Assembly: GCA_965249575.1 (NCBI GenBank)
Contig: OZ252244.1
Location: 3,776,001-3,840,000, forward strand
Length of the DNA stretch: 64,000 nt
Direction of reading: 5' to 3'
From: Gemmatimonadales bacterium
GTDB taxonomy: Bacteria > Gemmatimonadota > Gemmatimonadetes > Gemmatimonadales > GWC2-71-9
A model generated the notes under the pieces. It saw only the letters and a list, made by a program, of their open reading frames with translations, did not search any database and had not been told where the DNA came from. Position numbers and translations under genes: made by a program. Positions 10,541-20,205 of the stretch are shown here, piece after piece (the first letter of the stretch is position 1; each line of letters opens with the position of its first letter).

Positions 10541-11086
10541 ATGATCAGGACGGATATCGGGCACCGTATCCTTCGATGCTGCGCGATCATCTCTGTGCTG
10601 GCCTTGGGCACCTCCCGAGTGAGTTTGGGACAAATACCCATCCCGATTCCCCAACCGTCCCAGGTACCCGACAGCACGGGTGCCGATACCATACAGGTTC
10701 CGATATTTCGAATCGATCCACCGGTGTCGCCGCTGGGCGCGGCGATGCGATCGCTACTCCTACCTGGGTGGGGCCAGGCCGTGCTCGATCGCCGAGTAAC
10801 GGGAGCGTTCTTCGTATTCTGGGAAGGGGTCACCCTGACCATGACACTGAAAGCGTCGCACCAACTCAGTCACCTCGAGGCGATCGAGGCCGAAAGGGTA
10901 GAGGACAAGCGACAGGAGATACAGGATTGGGCGGTCTTACTCGCCTTCAACCACCTTTTGGCCGCGGCCGAAGCCTATGTCTCGGCGATGCTGTGGGACT
11001 TTCCGGCCGAGCTCGAGATGAGGGCTCTGCCGAACGGGGCGTTCGGGTTAGGCCTGCGAGTGACCCCGGGCGGAGTGGTCCCCTAA
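10541..11086 (+). CDS. Hypothetical exported/membrane protein (DUF5683-like SxxLPGWGQ motif)
   Basis: Signal-like N-terminus; RSLLLPGWGQ followed by a hydrophobic segment. Confidence 0.65.
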   Translation: MIRTDIGHRILRCCAIISVLALGTSRVSLGQIPIPIPQPSQVPDSTGADTIQVPIFRIDPPVSPLGAAMRSLLLPGWGQAVLDRRVTGAFFVFWEGVTLTMTLKASHQLSHLEAIEAERVEDKRQEIQDWAVLLAFNHLLAAAEAYVSAMLWDFPAELEMRALPNGAFGLGLRVTPGGVVP

Positions 11087-11820
11087 TCCGGGGAATACTG
11101 GCACAGGGCGGGACCCTGCTGGCCGATCAAAGCGTACCGGAGTCCCTCCATCCAAGCCCCGGGGTTCAAATACCATCGATTAGTACCGACCGACTCGAGC
11201 GCGGGCCGGTGGGTATGGCTCAGCACTACCAGGTCCAAGTCATCCCGCTTCGCAAGCAGTCTGCGGGCATAGCTCGCTTGAGCACCCGCCGCTGCGTCCA
11301 GGGTGGGGCCGCGCCGCGTGTTCTGAGCGAAAGCGCGGGAGAGCCTTCTGGCGAGTCGGAAGCCCGCGTCAGGATGGATCATGCGGAATACCGCGCTGGT
11401 AGCTGGCAGGCGGGTGATCGTATTGAGAAGCTGGCTAGCCATCGACCGTTCGCAGAGGCCGTCACCGTGGGCGACGAGTGCCCGCCATCCGGCGAGCTTG
11501 AGCTCGATGGATCCGGCGTCGTACCGAGCACCCAGTTCATCTCTCCAGAAATCACCCCCCCATCGGTCGTGGTTGCCGCCCGTGATCGTGAGGTCGACGC
11601 CGGCGGCGCGCACCTGCAGGAGGTCGGAAAGCACTGCAAACGTCCGGCGGGGAATCACCGACCGGTACTCGAACCAGAAATCGAAGAGGTCGCCGTTGAT
11701 GATCAGGTGGTTGCCCAGTTCCGGCACATGCCGCAAGAAAGACCGGAACGAGTCGGTCACCGCGTTAGGGGCCTGGCCGAGATGAGCATCCGAGACGATG
11801 ACGACGGTTTCCACGGGCAC
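11083..11820 (-). CDS. lpxH: UDP-2,3-diacylglucosamine diphosphatase (LpxH-like metallophosphoesterase)
   Basis: SDAHLG, GDLFDFW, GNHD, HGD, SHTH and NPGAW motifs. Confidence 0.85.
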   Translation of the reverse strand: MPVETVVIVSDAHLGQAPNAVTDSFRSFLRHVPELGNHLIINGDLFDFWFEYRSVIPRRTFAVLSDLLQVRAAGVDLTITGGNHDRWGGDFWRDELGARYDAGSIELKLAGWRALVAHGDGLCERSMASQLLNTITRLPATSAVFRMIHPDAGFRLARRLSRAFAQNTRRGPTLDAAAGAQASYARRLLAKRDDLDLVVLSHTHRPALESVGTNRWYLNPGAWMEGLRYALIGQQGPALCQYSPD

Positions 11821-11916
11821 GCCTCAGTATACGAGCCGGCTGAGGAACACCGCAACGTCTTGTCGTATCTGACGTTTCACTCACAAATCCGCTTCATCGC
11901 GGGGCGGTGAGAGTCC

Positions 11917-12348
11917 GTGGACATGCCTCCAGGAGTGACCGTCGACGAGGTGCGGGTTCGATACGCCGAAACCGACCAGATGGGGATTGCGCACCACTCG
12001 AATTACCTGATCTGGTCCGAGGCAGCACGCACCAACCACATGCACAGGCAAGGAGTGAGTTACCGATCGCTGGAGGAGGGCGGGCTGCTTCTTGTGGTGG
12101 TGGATGCAAAGCTCCGCTTTCGCGCTCCGGCGCACTTCGACGACCTGCTGGACGTTTGGTGCTGGGTTCGCGATCTGCATCGCCGCCGCGTCCGCTTCGG
12201 ATATGCCGTATTCCGGCAGGGGACCGGCAAGTGCTTAGCTACGGTACAGACCTCACTCGTGGCATTAGATTCGAGCCATGCCCTCAGCACGTTACCAGAC
12301 GCGGTGCGCGATCGGCTCGTCGTTACGCCTGACCCTGTGCGTCTGTAG
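11917..12348 (+). CDS. Acyl-CoA thioesterase (YbgC/4HBT family)
   Basis: VRYAETDQMGIAHHSNYL motif. Confidence 0.9.
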   Translation: MDMPPGVTVDEVRVRYAETDQMGIAHHSNYLIWSEAARTNHMHRQGVSYRSLEEGGLLLVVVDAKLRFRAPAHFDDLLDVWCWVRDLHRRRVRFGYAVFRQGTGKCLATVQTSLVALDSSHALSTLPDAVRDRLVVTPDPVRL

Positions 12349-14374
12349 CCTCACCTTCGCCGGAGTGCACGATGCTGCGGCACAGCAGGACGAGCCGCTG
12401 GTGGAGATACTTGCCAAGCTGCTTGCCGCCGAGGACGCACGTGACTTCCAGGAGGGGCTCTTCGGAGAGGCCGCCCGGCACGACGCGTGGTTGGTGCGGC
12501 GGCGGGCTGCGCTTGCGATGGGACGTATCCGCGACAAGGCAGCAACCGAGATGCTCCTCGATCTGCTGAGCGATTCCGAAGAGACGGTCGCCGTCGCGGC
12601 GGCGTTTGCCTTGGGCCTTCTCGGAGACACGGCGGCGCTACCGCGCCTGAAGGATCTGGTGCTCAGACCTCGGCCCGCGGAGCAAGGGGCGGTCGAGTCG
12701 GAGGCGGTCGCGGCTGTCGGGCGCATCGGCGGAGAGGAAGCAGCTCAGGTCTTCGCCGAGATTCTCGGGCGGGGCATTTCGCGAATGGGGGGGGACGAAC
12801 TGTCGCCGGTCACGGAACGGGGCTTGGCGGAGTTCTGGCGTCTGGGAGACGTTGCGCCGGCGGACCTGATCGCGGCCTATGCGGCGTCACCGAATCCGGA
12901 AATTCGCTGGCGGGTCGTTTACGGATTGGGGAGACTGCAGACATCCCAGGCCGCGGGCGTCCTCGTCGGGGCGACAACCGACAGCGTCGCTCGGGTACGT
13001 GCCGCCGCGGTCCGCGCGATGACCTCGCAGTATGGAGATTCGGCGGGTGGTCGTGCGGAAGTTTTCCTCAGTCGCGTGCGCCTACTTACAGCCGATCCCG
13101 ATCCGCTGGTTCGGATTCAGGCGCTACGGGCGTTGGGTACGTATGCCGGAGCGGGCGAAATCTCAAATCTGGCGGACCGGCTCAACGACGCGCACCCGAA
13201 CGTTCGGGTTGCGGCGGTGGCGGCACTCGCCGAGCTCATGAGCAGCGCGGCTGCGGGCGTGCTGGAAGTCCACGCCCGAAATCGATCTTGGGCATTGAAG
13301 CGACCGGCTTTGCGGGGGTTGGTGATGATCAGTCCGCCCGCCGCCATGCCAATCATCTCCGAGATGGCCGATAGCGAGGATTGGCGCGCGCGCCTGACGG
13401 CTGCCGAAGCGCTCGCGCAGGCGGCCCCGCACCTGGCGCAAGAAATCCTCGAGCGCCTGGTGCAGGATACCGATCCCCGCGTTGCCGGCGCCGCACTCAA
13501 CGCGCTGATCGAGGTGAACCCGGAGACAGGCCAGCTTCAATCCGCGGCATTGCTCAGCCACGAGGATCCCGTCGTTCGCATGGTTGCCGCATTGTACCTC
13601 GGCGATGTCGGCGGGCTCAAACATCTCGAACGATTGGTTGACGCGTTTGCCCGCGCGCAGGCCGACGAGTGGTACGGCGCCCGAGTTGCGACGGTTGAGG
13701 CGTTGGGCCGGATCGCTGCTCAGGGCGTGGCAGAACGAGACGCCGTGGTAGCACGTCTCCTGGCACGAGTCCCAACCGCCGATGACTACCTCGCCCGGAG
13801 GGCCGCGGAAGAGCACCTGCCGCAGATGTCTGATGGTTGGGAGGACAGCACGCCCATCGCGACTGGGCGGGGCCCCGGGGACTACCGAGACATCGTGCGC
13901 CGTATCTTGCTCCCCGCCGCCCGGGGGCTCAAGCCGGTGCTCGTCTTGGAAACCGATCGGGGAGAGCTTACGATCGAGTTACAGGCCCTGGACGCGCCCC
14001 TTTCCGTCGATGCGATACTGCGGCTCGCCGTTCGCCGGTACTTCGACGGGATGATCTGGCATCGGGTAATTCCTGGCTTCGTGATCCAGTCAGGGGATCC
14101 TAGGGGAGATGGCTGGGGCGGCCCGGGGTATACCCTCCGGGACGAACTGAGCCCGTGGTCCTACACGCGCGGGACCGTCGGCCTGGTCCTAGCCGGGCCG
14201 GACACCGGCGGCAGTCAGTTCTTCGTAACGCTAGGTCGGGAGCCTCATCTCGACGGAGCGTATCCCGTGGTTGGCAACATCGAATCGGGAAACGACCTGC
14301 TCGACGTCATCACCCTCGGGGACGGAATTCGCCGAATTGCCCTGTCTCAACGCGCGCCCGGTGCCGCCAATTGA
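12278..14374 (+). CDS. HEAT-repeat protein with C-terminal cyclophilin-type PPIase (start uncertain)
   Basis: Repeated VR..AA.ALG helices; HRVIPGFVIQSGDPRGDGWGGPGY and DTGGSQFF motifs. Confidence 0.88.
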   Translation: MPSARYQTRCAIGSSLRLTLCVCSLTFAGVHDAAAQQDEPLVEILAKLLAAEDARDFQEGLFGEAARHDAWLVRRRAALAMGRIRDKAATEMLLDLLSDSEETVAVAAAFALGLLGDTAALPRLKDLVLRPRPAEQGAVESEAVAAVGRIGGEEAAQVFAEILGRGISRMGGDELSPVTERGLAEFWRLGDVAPADLIAAYAASPNPEIRWRVVYGLGRLQTSQAAGVLVGATTDSVARVRAAAVRAMTSQYGDSAGGRAEVFLSRVRLLTADPDPLVRIQALRALGTYAGAGEISNLADRLNDAHPNVRVAAVAALAELMSSAAAGVLEVHARNRSWALKRPALRGLVMISPPAAMPIISEMADSEDWRARLTAAEALAQAAPHLAQEILERLVQDTDPRVAGAALNALIEVNPETGQLQSAALLSHEDPVVRMVAALYLGDVGGLKHLERLVDAFARAQADEWYGARVATVEALGRIAAQGVAERDAVVARLLARVPTADDYLARRAAEEHLPQMSDGWEDSTPIATGRGPGDYRDIVRRILLPAARGLKPVLVLETDRGELTIELQALDAPLSVDAILRLAVRRYFDGMIWHRVIPGFVIQSGDPRGDGWGGPGYTLRDELSPWSYTRGTVGLVLAGPDTGGSQFFVTLGREPHLDGAYPVVGNIESGNDLLDVITLGDGIRRIALSQRAPGAAN

Positions 14375-14506
14375 GTACCGCCGTACCAATCGTGTAGAAT
14401 GGAGTTGTATTTGCAACCACACTCGGATCCTTCACCGATCGCCTCGAACGTGGACCCCGCCACCGAGCCGCGCGCGTGGTGTCCGCTGACTGCGTATTAA
14501 CTGCCG

Positions 14507-15232
14507 ATGCCACAACACGTTGTGCTTGACCCACGACCCAGCGACACCTATTATGCCGTCGCGGTTTGTGGGCTTTTGGGCCTGACGGCGTGCCGTGGCT
14601 TGCCACCGACGATCGCGCCGGCCGGCCTTGAACCGCTGCCGGAGAGCGTTGTCGAGACGTGGGTGAGCAGGTTCGCGCTCCACGGCCCGGTGCGGTACGA
14701 CATCCGGTGGAGGCTGATCAACGACCGTGGCGCCGCTGCTGGTCGGGCTGCCGTGCGGCTCGTGCCTCCGGATTCGATGCGCTTCGACTTCCGAGGGCCC
14801 TTCGGGCGTTCCGGCGCGGCCATGGTCGTCGGGGACTCCGCGCTATGGATTCAGCCCGAGAGTAGCATGCAGGGAGTCGTTCGGGTGGCCCCTCTTTTTT
14901 GGGCGGCGTTAGGTGTTCCGCTGAAACCGCCCGCCGGGAGCGAGACGTTTGGCACTAATGCCCAGGACCGGCGTGCGTGGCGCTATCTCGTGGGGCAGGA
15001 CACCTTTAATTTCGTGGATAGGACGGCGGAGGGAACGCCGCCACGCCTTTTGGCGGAGCTCCGGCGCGCGGGAAAGCCCGTGGGCATCACAAACACACGA
15101 TTCAGTGCCGAAACTGGCGTCCCCGTCGAGGCGAGGATGGACTTCCCGCTCGACGCCTCTCGGTTCTCCTTCACGGTGGAAGCCGTTGATACGCTCGAGA
15201 CGCCGGATCCGGCTATTTGGGAACGTCCATAA
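14507..15232 (+). CDS. Hypothetical lipoprotein
   Basis: LGLTAC lipobox; sits in a co-directional gene run. Confidence 0.6.
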   Translation: MPQHVVLDPRPSDTYYAVAVCGLLGLTACRGLPPTIAPAGLEPLPESVVETWVSRFALHGPVRYDIRWRLINDRGAAAGRAAVRLVPPDSMRFDFRGPFGRSGAAMVVGDSALWIQPESSMQGVVRVAPLFWAALGVPLKPPAGSETFGTNAQDRRAWRYLVGQDTFNFVDRTAEGTPPRLLAELRRAGKPVGITNTRFSAETGVPVEARMDFPLDASRFSFTVEAVDTLETPDPAIWERP

Positions 15233-15719
15233 CCGAGGGCTCGCCGCGGTGCTCGGACTCGTGACGTCGGGGTGCCTCTACGGGTTCGCAGGCGGGGGCC
15301 TACCATCGCACATCCGGACGGTGGCGATACTCCCCTTCGACAATCAGACGACCGAACCCGTGCTCACGCAGGAGGTCGCCGACGCTCTCAAGGAAGCGAT
15401 GGAGAGTCGGCTCGGTCTGCGGGCGGCCGCTGAGGCGACCGCGGATGCGGTGGTTCGCGGAGCGATCACTCGCTACTCCGCTGACATTCCCCTCTCGTTT
15501 CAACCGGGGGTGCGAGGCAACGTCTCGGTGACGCGTCGTCGGGTACAGCTCACGCTGAGCGTGGAGATCCTCGACCAACAGGAGGGGCGCACGCTGTGGG
15601 AGCGTTCTGGCTTGACGGTGGATGGGGAGTACCAACCGCCGCAGGAATCCAGTGGTCGACAGGTCGCACTGGACAAGCTGGTCAACGATATCGTTGACGG
15701 GGCGCAATCGCAGTGGTGA
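15186..15719 (+). CDS. lptE: LptE-family LPS assembly lipoprotein (TTG start inferred)
   Basis: VTSGC lipobox followed by YGF..LPSHIRTVAILPFDNQT; ends in QSQW. Confidence 0.75.
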   Translation: MIRSRRRIRLFGNVHNRGLAAVLGLVTSGCLYGFAGGGLPSHIRTVAILPFDNQTTEPVLTQEVADALKEAMESRLGLRAAAEATADAVVRGAITRYSADIPLSFQPGVRGNVSVTRRRVQLTLSVEILDQQEGRTLWERSGLTVDGEYQPPQESSGRQVALDKLVNDIVDGAQSQW

Positions 15720-16087
15720 AGCCTCTTACGCGAAGTGCCGGGCGAGGGATGTCTAAACTGGGCTGCCTCTTGGTGCTCGTCATTCTCGGTACCGGGGTCT
15801 ACTACGGCATTCCCGTGACCTCGTCATACATGCGTTACTTCCGGCTGCTGGACGAGATGAAAATGCAGGCCCGATTCGCACCTGGACTCGACAACCCGGT
15901 CATTCGCCGTCGGCTCGTCGCCCAAGCCGACGAGTTGCGGCTGCCCCCCGACGCGAGAAAATTCTCGATCCGGCGCCGCGGCCGCCCGCGGGAGATTACC
16001 ATCACGACGTCCTGGCAGGAAACCTTCACGTTTCCGTTCTACACGCACACCATCACGTTCCGACCCGAGGCGAAGGCTCCGCTCTAA
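15713..16087 (+). CDS. Hypothetical single-TM protein (DUF4845-like)
   Basis: GRGMSKLGCLL.. pilin-like N-terminal TM segment. Confidence 0.6.
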   Translation: MVKPLTRSAGRGMSKLGCLLVLVILGTGVYYGIPVTSSYMRYFRLLDEMKMQARFAPGLDNPVIRRRLVAQADELRLPPDARKFSIRRRGRPREITITTSWQETFTFPFYTHTITFRPEAKAPL

Positions 16088-16092
16088 CGGGA

Positions 16093-17409
16093 ATGACGCT
16101 CGCTCGTCCGGTCTCCTTCGCCGCCATCCTCGTTCCGCTGGTCCCGCTCCCCGTGTGGGCGGTGGCGGCGGAAACCGGGGACGAATCCGGGATAACCCGC
16201 CTGTTCTTTGTGCTCGGTATCATGCTGCTCGTGGGCAAGCTCTCAGGCGAGGCATTCGAGCGCATCGGCCAGCCCGCGGTCCTCGGCGAATTGATCGCCG
16301 GCGTCGCGTTGGGCGTAGGGATGCTGGATGTCATCCCGACCGCCTCTGGAGATCCGCTGACCTCGGTCGTTCAGACGCTGGCCGAGATCGGAGTCGTAGT
16401 ACTGCTCTTCGAGATCGGCCTTCAAACCGACCTCAAACAACTCTTTCGGGTCGGTCGGGGCGCGTCGGCGGTGGCCGTCGTGGGAGTCACTGTTCCGTTC
16501 CTACTTGGGTTCGCATACTGGCTCTCCCCGCTCGTAGGACCCGACGTCAACGTTGCCGACCGAACGCTTACGGCGATCTTCGTCGGTGCGACGATGACGG
16601 CGACGTCGGTCGGGATCACCGCGAGAGTCTTAAGTGACATGAACCTGATGCGGACCATCGAGTCACAGCTCATCATCGGTGCAGCGGTGATCGACGACGT
16701 ATTGGGGTTGGTGATTCTTGGTCTCGTGTCGTCGCTCGCCGCGGGTGTCGCGGTTTCCGGTCTGCAAGTCGGGCGCTCGCTAGCGGTGGCAGTGGGGTTC
16801 CTCGTGGTCGCTGTGGCGGTGGGCGTGGTCGTGGCACCAAAGATCTTCGGCATCATCGACAGAATGCGCGTGCGCGGAGTACTCCTGGTGTCCGCGTTTT
16901 CCTTCACACTCTTTCTCTCCGCCCTCGCCGATGTGGCGGGATCGGCCATGATTATCGGGGCCTTCGCTGCCGGCCTAATCCTCTCCGGAACCAACCAGTT
17001 CGAGGCTATCGAGGAACGCATTCGCCCGGTCGCCGACATCGTGACGCCCATATTCTTTCTCAGCGTGGGTGCACAACTGGACGTGCGCCTGCTGAACCCA
17101 CTTGATCCGGCGAATCTTGGCAACCTCGGAATGGGGCTGGCGCTGCTGGCCCTAGGCGTCGTAGGCAAAGTCATCGCCGGGTGGGCGGTGCCCTGGCGGC
17201 GGTATAACCGCGTGACGGTCGGTCTCGGAATGATGCCTCGCGGAGAGGTCGGTTTGATCTTTGCCAACGTGGGATTGACGGCCGCCGTGTTCTCGACTGG
17301 AGCCTTCGGTGCTATCCTCATAATGGTCGTCGGTTCCACCCTGGTCGCTCCACCTTTACTCAAGTGGAGTGTGGCAAAGTGGGGAAGTAACGAACCGCCG
17401 GCCGCATGA
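16093..17409 (+). CDS. Cation:proton antiporter (CPA2/NapA type)
   Basis: ATSVGIT, AAVIDD and GMMPRGEV motifs; many TM segments. Confidence 0.92.
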   Translation: MTLARPVSFAAILVPLVPLPVWAVAAETGDESGITRLFFVLGIMLLVGKLSGEAFERIGQPAVLGELIAGVALGVGMLDVIPTASGDPLTSVVQTLAEIGVVVLLFEIGLQTDLKQLFRVGRGASAVAVVGVTVPFLLGFAYWLSPLVGPDVNVADRTLTAIFVGATMTATSVGITARVLSDMNLMRTIESQLIIGAAVIDDVLGLVILGLVSSLAAGVAVSGLQVGRSLAVAVGFLVVAVAVGVVVAPKIFGIIDRMRVRGVLLVSAFSFTLFLSALADVAGSAMIIGAFAAGLILSGTNQFEAIEERIRPVADIVTPIFFLSVGAQLDVRLLNPLDPANLGNLGMGLALLALGVVGKVIAGWAVPWRRYNRVTVGLGMMPRGEVGLIFANVGLTAAVFSTGAFGAILIMVVGSTLVAPPLLKWSVAKWGSNEPPAA

Positions 17410-17879
17410 CCGGGCAAAAGATTCGAGCGCGCAAGGCGGCCTCCGATTGGCGCCAAACGGTGGACGGGCCAGTCGTGTTCACGAACGGGGTTTTCGACAT
17501 ACTGCACGCGGGACACGTTAAGCTGATCGAGGAAGCGCGAGCCTGCGGCGCTGCGCTCGTGGTCGGTATCAACGACGACGAGTCGGTTAGGCGACTCGGC
17601 AAAGGCCTCGACCGACCAATTGTTCCGGCCCGTTCGCGAGCCCGGGTCCTGGCTGCGCTGGAGGCCGTGGACTGCGTCGTCCTGTTCCCCGAACGAACCC
17701 CCGTACGGCTGATTGATGCGCTCGCACCAGACGTGCTTGTTAAGGGCGCGGACTATCAAACCGGCGAGATTCCCGGTCGCGTAGCGGTCGAAGCCGCGGG
17801 GGGGAGGGTGGTAACGGTCGCGCTCGAAGAAGGTCAATCCACCACTGCGTTGATCGAGAGGATCCGTGCCTCGACCTGA
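17406..17879 (+). CDS. rfaE2: D-glycero-beta-D-manno-heptose 1-phosphate adenylyltransferase
   Basis: FTNGVFDILHAGH, LVKGADY and STTALI motifs. Confidence 0.9.
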   Translation: MTGQKIRARKAASDWRQTVDGPVVFTNGVFDILHAGHVKLIEEARACGAALVVGINDDESVRRLGKGLDRPIVPARSRARVLAALEAVDCVVLFPERTPVRLIDALAPDVLVKGADYQTGEIPGRVAVEAAGGRVVTVALEEGQSTTALIERIRAST

Positions 17880-18576
17880 CGGCCGTACGCCGGAGGAGCT
17901 TCGCCCCTTCCTGCTCGAGCGGAACGCGAACCCCTTCGCAGAAGGGAGTTGCCTCGTCCGGACGGGCGATACCCTTGTCCTGTGTACGGCGTCGGTGGAA
18001 ACCTCGGTACCCGCCTGGAGGCAGGGGACCGGATCTGGTTGGCTCACAGCGGAATACGCCATGCTTCCGCGAGCAACGTCGCAGCGCACCCCCAGAGAGC
18101 GGCAGGGGGCGCGGGGGAGAACCCAGGAGATACAACGCCTAATCGGCCGGAGCCTCCGCGCTGCACTCAACGGACTCGAGTTTGGTGAGCTGACCATTCG
18201 CATCGATTGCGACGTCCTCCAGGCTGACGGCGGCACGCGTACGGCGGCGATTACCGGCGGCGCGGTCGCTCTCGCCGATGCATGCATGTGGCTCTCCGAC
18301 ACCCACGGAATTCCCAATCCGTTCGGCAGACTCGTGGTCGGCGTGTCGGTGGGCGTGGTGGACGGGGAGCCCCGGTTGGATCTGGCCTATGCAGAGGACC
18401 GGGCGGCTGCCGTAGACGCCAACGTCGTCATTGCCGAGCCCGACCAATACGTAGAGGTCCAGGGAACCGGAGAGCGGTCGACGTTTGACCGAGCGGAGCT
18501 AGACAGCCTGCTGAACCTCGCTACGCTCGGCGCCCGGCAGCTATTCGCAGAACAGCACCGCGTGCTTGGGAAGTGA
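17866..18576 (+). CDS. rph: Ribonuclease PH
   Basis: WLTAEYAMLPRAT, EIQRLIGRSLR and DVLQADGGTRTA motifs. Confidence 0.97.
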   Translation: MPRPDGRTPEELRPFLLERNANPFAEGSCLVRTGDTLVLCTASVETSVPAWRQGTGSGWLTAEYAMLPRATSQRTPRERQGARGRTQEIQRLIGRSLRAALNGLEFGELTIRIDCDVLQADGGTRTAAITGGAVALADACMWLSDTHGIPNPFGRLVVGVSVGVVDGEPRLDLAYAEDRAAAVDANVVIAEPDQYVEVQGTGERSTFDRAELDSLLNLATLGARQLFAEQHRVLGK

Positions 18577-19196
18577 CGGCCCGATCCACCGTGTTGGTCG
18601 CCACGCGGAGCGAGCACAAACAGCGTGAGATCAGGATGATACTCCCGGACTTCCCCTATCGCTTCGTTTTCCCGGACGACGTGGGTCTCTACCGAACCGG
18701 AGCGGAGGAGACCATCGAGACCGCCGAGACGTTCGTCGGCAACGCGCGCCGCAAGGCGGAACACTTCGCCCGGCTTTCCGGCCTCCCAACAGTCTCAGAC
18801 GACTCGGGACTCGAGGTGTACGCGCTCGGCGGCCAACCCGGTGTCAGGTCCCGGCGCTTCGCCCTGCCGGCGGACGACCAAGACGCGGCGAACAACGCGG
18901 AGCTGCTGCGGCGACTCGCCGGCGCACCTCGAGATCGGCGGGTCGCGGCATACCGGTGCGCCGTGGTCTTCCAACGACGCGCGGGTGCGGAGGCGGTGAC
19001 CTTCGAAGGCACCTGCCCCGGGCGAATCCTCGACGGGGCTGCTGGTAGTGGTGGATTCGGATACGATCCGCTGTTTTTCTCGGAAGAGCTCGGACGAACC
19101 CTTGGTGAGGTGGCGCCCGAACAGAAACATCGGGTGAGCCACCGGGGTCGCGCGTTTCGTGCATTTGCGGAATGGCTGGCCGGCAACCCACTTTAG
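18573..19196 (+). CDS. rdgB: Non-canonical purine NTP pyrophosphatase (RdgB/HAM1)
   Basis: DDSGL, GFGYDPLF and KHRVSHRGRA motifs; follows rph. Confidence 0.93.
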   Translation: MTARSTVLVATRSEHKQREIRMILPDFPYRFVFPDDVGLYRTGAEETIETAETFVGNARRKAEHFARLSGLPTVSDDSGLEVYALGGQPGVRSRRFALPADDQDAANNAELLRRLAGAPRDRRVAAYRCAVVFQRRAGAEAVTFEGTCPGRILDGAAGSGGFGYDPLFFSEELGRTLGEVAPEQKHRVSHRGRAFRAFAEWLAGNPL

Positions 19197-19263
19197 AGGT
19201 TCTTCTGCCGCGGTAGTTCGGAGCGGCCGTTCGAATCAAACGCCAGTGAAAGGGGATGAGCCT

Positions 19264-19695
19264 GTGAACGCGAAGATTTGCCTTTTGGTGACGGGAATCG
19301 CCGCTTGGACGGCCGCGTGCAGCGCGCGCGAAGCAGCCGAAGAGGCAGAGCCCGTGCTTGTGATGATCGACGAGCCGGCTGGGGGGGCGACCGTTCAGGG
19401 TCCGGACGTTCGGATCGCGATGTCGGTGAACGGTATCGAGCTCGCGCCGGCGGCCGACGAGCGCGAAGGAACCGCGCATCATCACCTGTTCATCGATCAG
19501 GACATCACAGCGGCCAGCGTGGAGATTCCCGCGGGCATGACGGGGATCATCCACCTTGGCAGTGCTCAAACCGAATTCGTTGCTGAGGGAATGGCGCCCG
19601 GAGAGCATCGCGTGATCGCTGTCCTCGCCGATTGGGGGCACGTTCCGTTGAACCCACTGGCCACCGATACAGTGACTTTTTCGGTTCAGCCGTAG
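19264..19695 (+). CDS. DUF4399-type lipoprotein
   Basis: TAAC lipobox; HHHLFID..IIHLG..GEH..HVP pattern. Confidence 0.75.
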   Translation: MNAKICLLVTGIAAWTAACSAREAAEEAEPVLVMIDEPAGGATVQGPDVRIAMSVNGIELAPAADEREGTAHHHLFIDQDITAASVEIPAGMTGIIHLGSAQTEFVAEGMAPGEHRVIAVLADWGHVPLNPLATDTVTFSVQP

Positions 19696-19819
19696 GAGAA
19701 CACAAGTCTAGGGGAACCGCACACCGCACGGGTCGGGCGCACTACCGGCGTGCCCTCGTGGTCACTATGTTGCCGACGCTGAGGTTGAGGCGGGGTTGAG
19801 TCCTCCGCCATCACGCTTG

Positions 19820-19893
19820 CGGGGCGTGGCGCAGTCCGGTAGCGCGCTTGGTTTGGGACCAAGAGGTCGCCGGTTCAAATCCGGCCGCCCCGA
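19820..19893 (+). tRNA. tRNA-Pro (TGG)
   Basis: CGGGGCG/CGCCCCG acceptor stem; CTTGG-TTTGGGA-CCAAG anticodon arm; GGTTCAAATCC. CCA not encoded. Confidence 0.96.
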
Positions 19894-20205
19894 CTGGCTG
19901 CGTCGCGGAGATCCTGACAGCCATTACGCGACGGTATTCCACCCGGCCCAACCCTTATCTGCCTGACGAGCCGCGAAGCCAAGCGCTGGCCTCACGAAAT
20001 ACCCAACAACGTGAAGAGACGGGGCCGTGGTCCCGGCCCTAAAACCGGCTGGGGGTTGTCATTCACATCGCCAGGCCGTTATTTGGGGGCGTTCTTCCCT
20101 CGGCCTCGCGTCCTCCCATCCTAGCCCGGACGCTGGCTGCCTGCTCCAGCGTAATGGGCGCGAGCCCGCGCCGGAACGTTAGTTCGATCTTTTCTGACCG
20201 AGGCG

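Noticed and set aside
14399..14500. 33-aa small ORF MELYLQPH...
   Set aside because: No SD or motif; cannot be supported.
16422..18317. 631-aa antisense ORF (likewise 10426-11910, 59753-61036 and 1554-2588)
   Set aside because: Shadow ORFs of well-conserved genes in high-GC DNA, with no recognisable motifs.
19894..20205. Cobalamin riboswitch before the radical SAM gene
   Set aside because: No recognisable B12-box or AGGGAA/GCCACTG core by eye.
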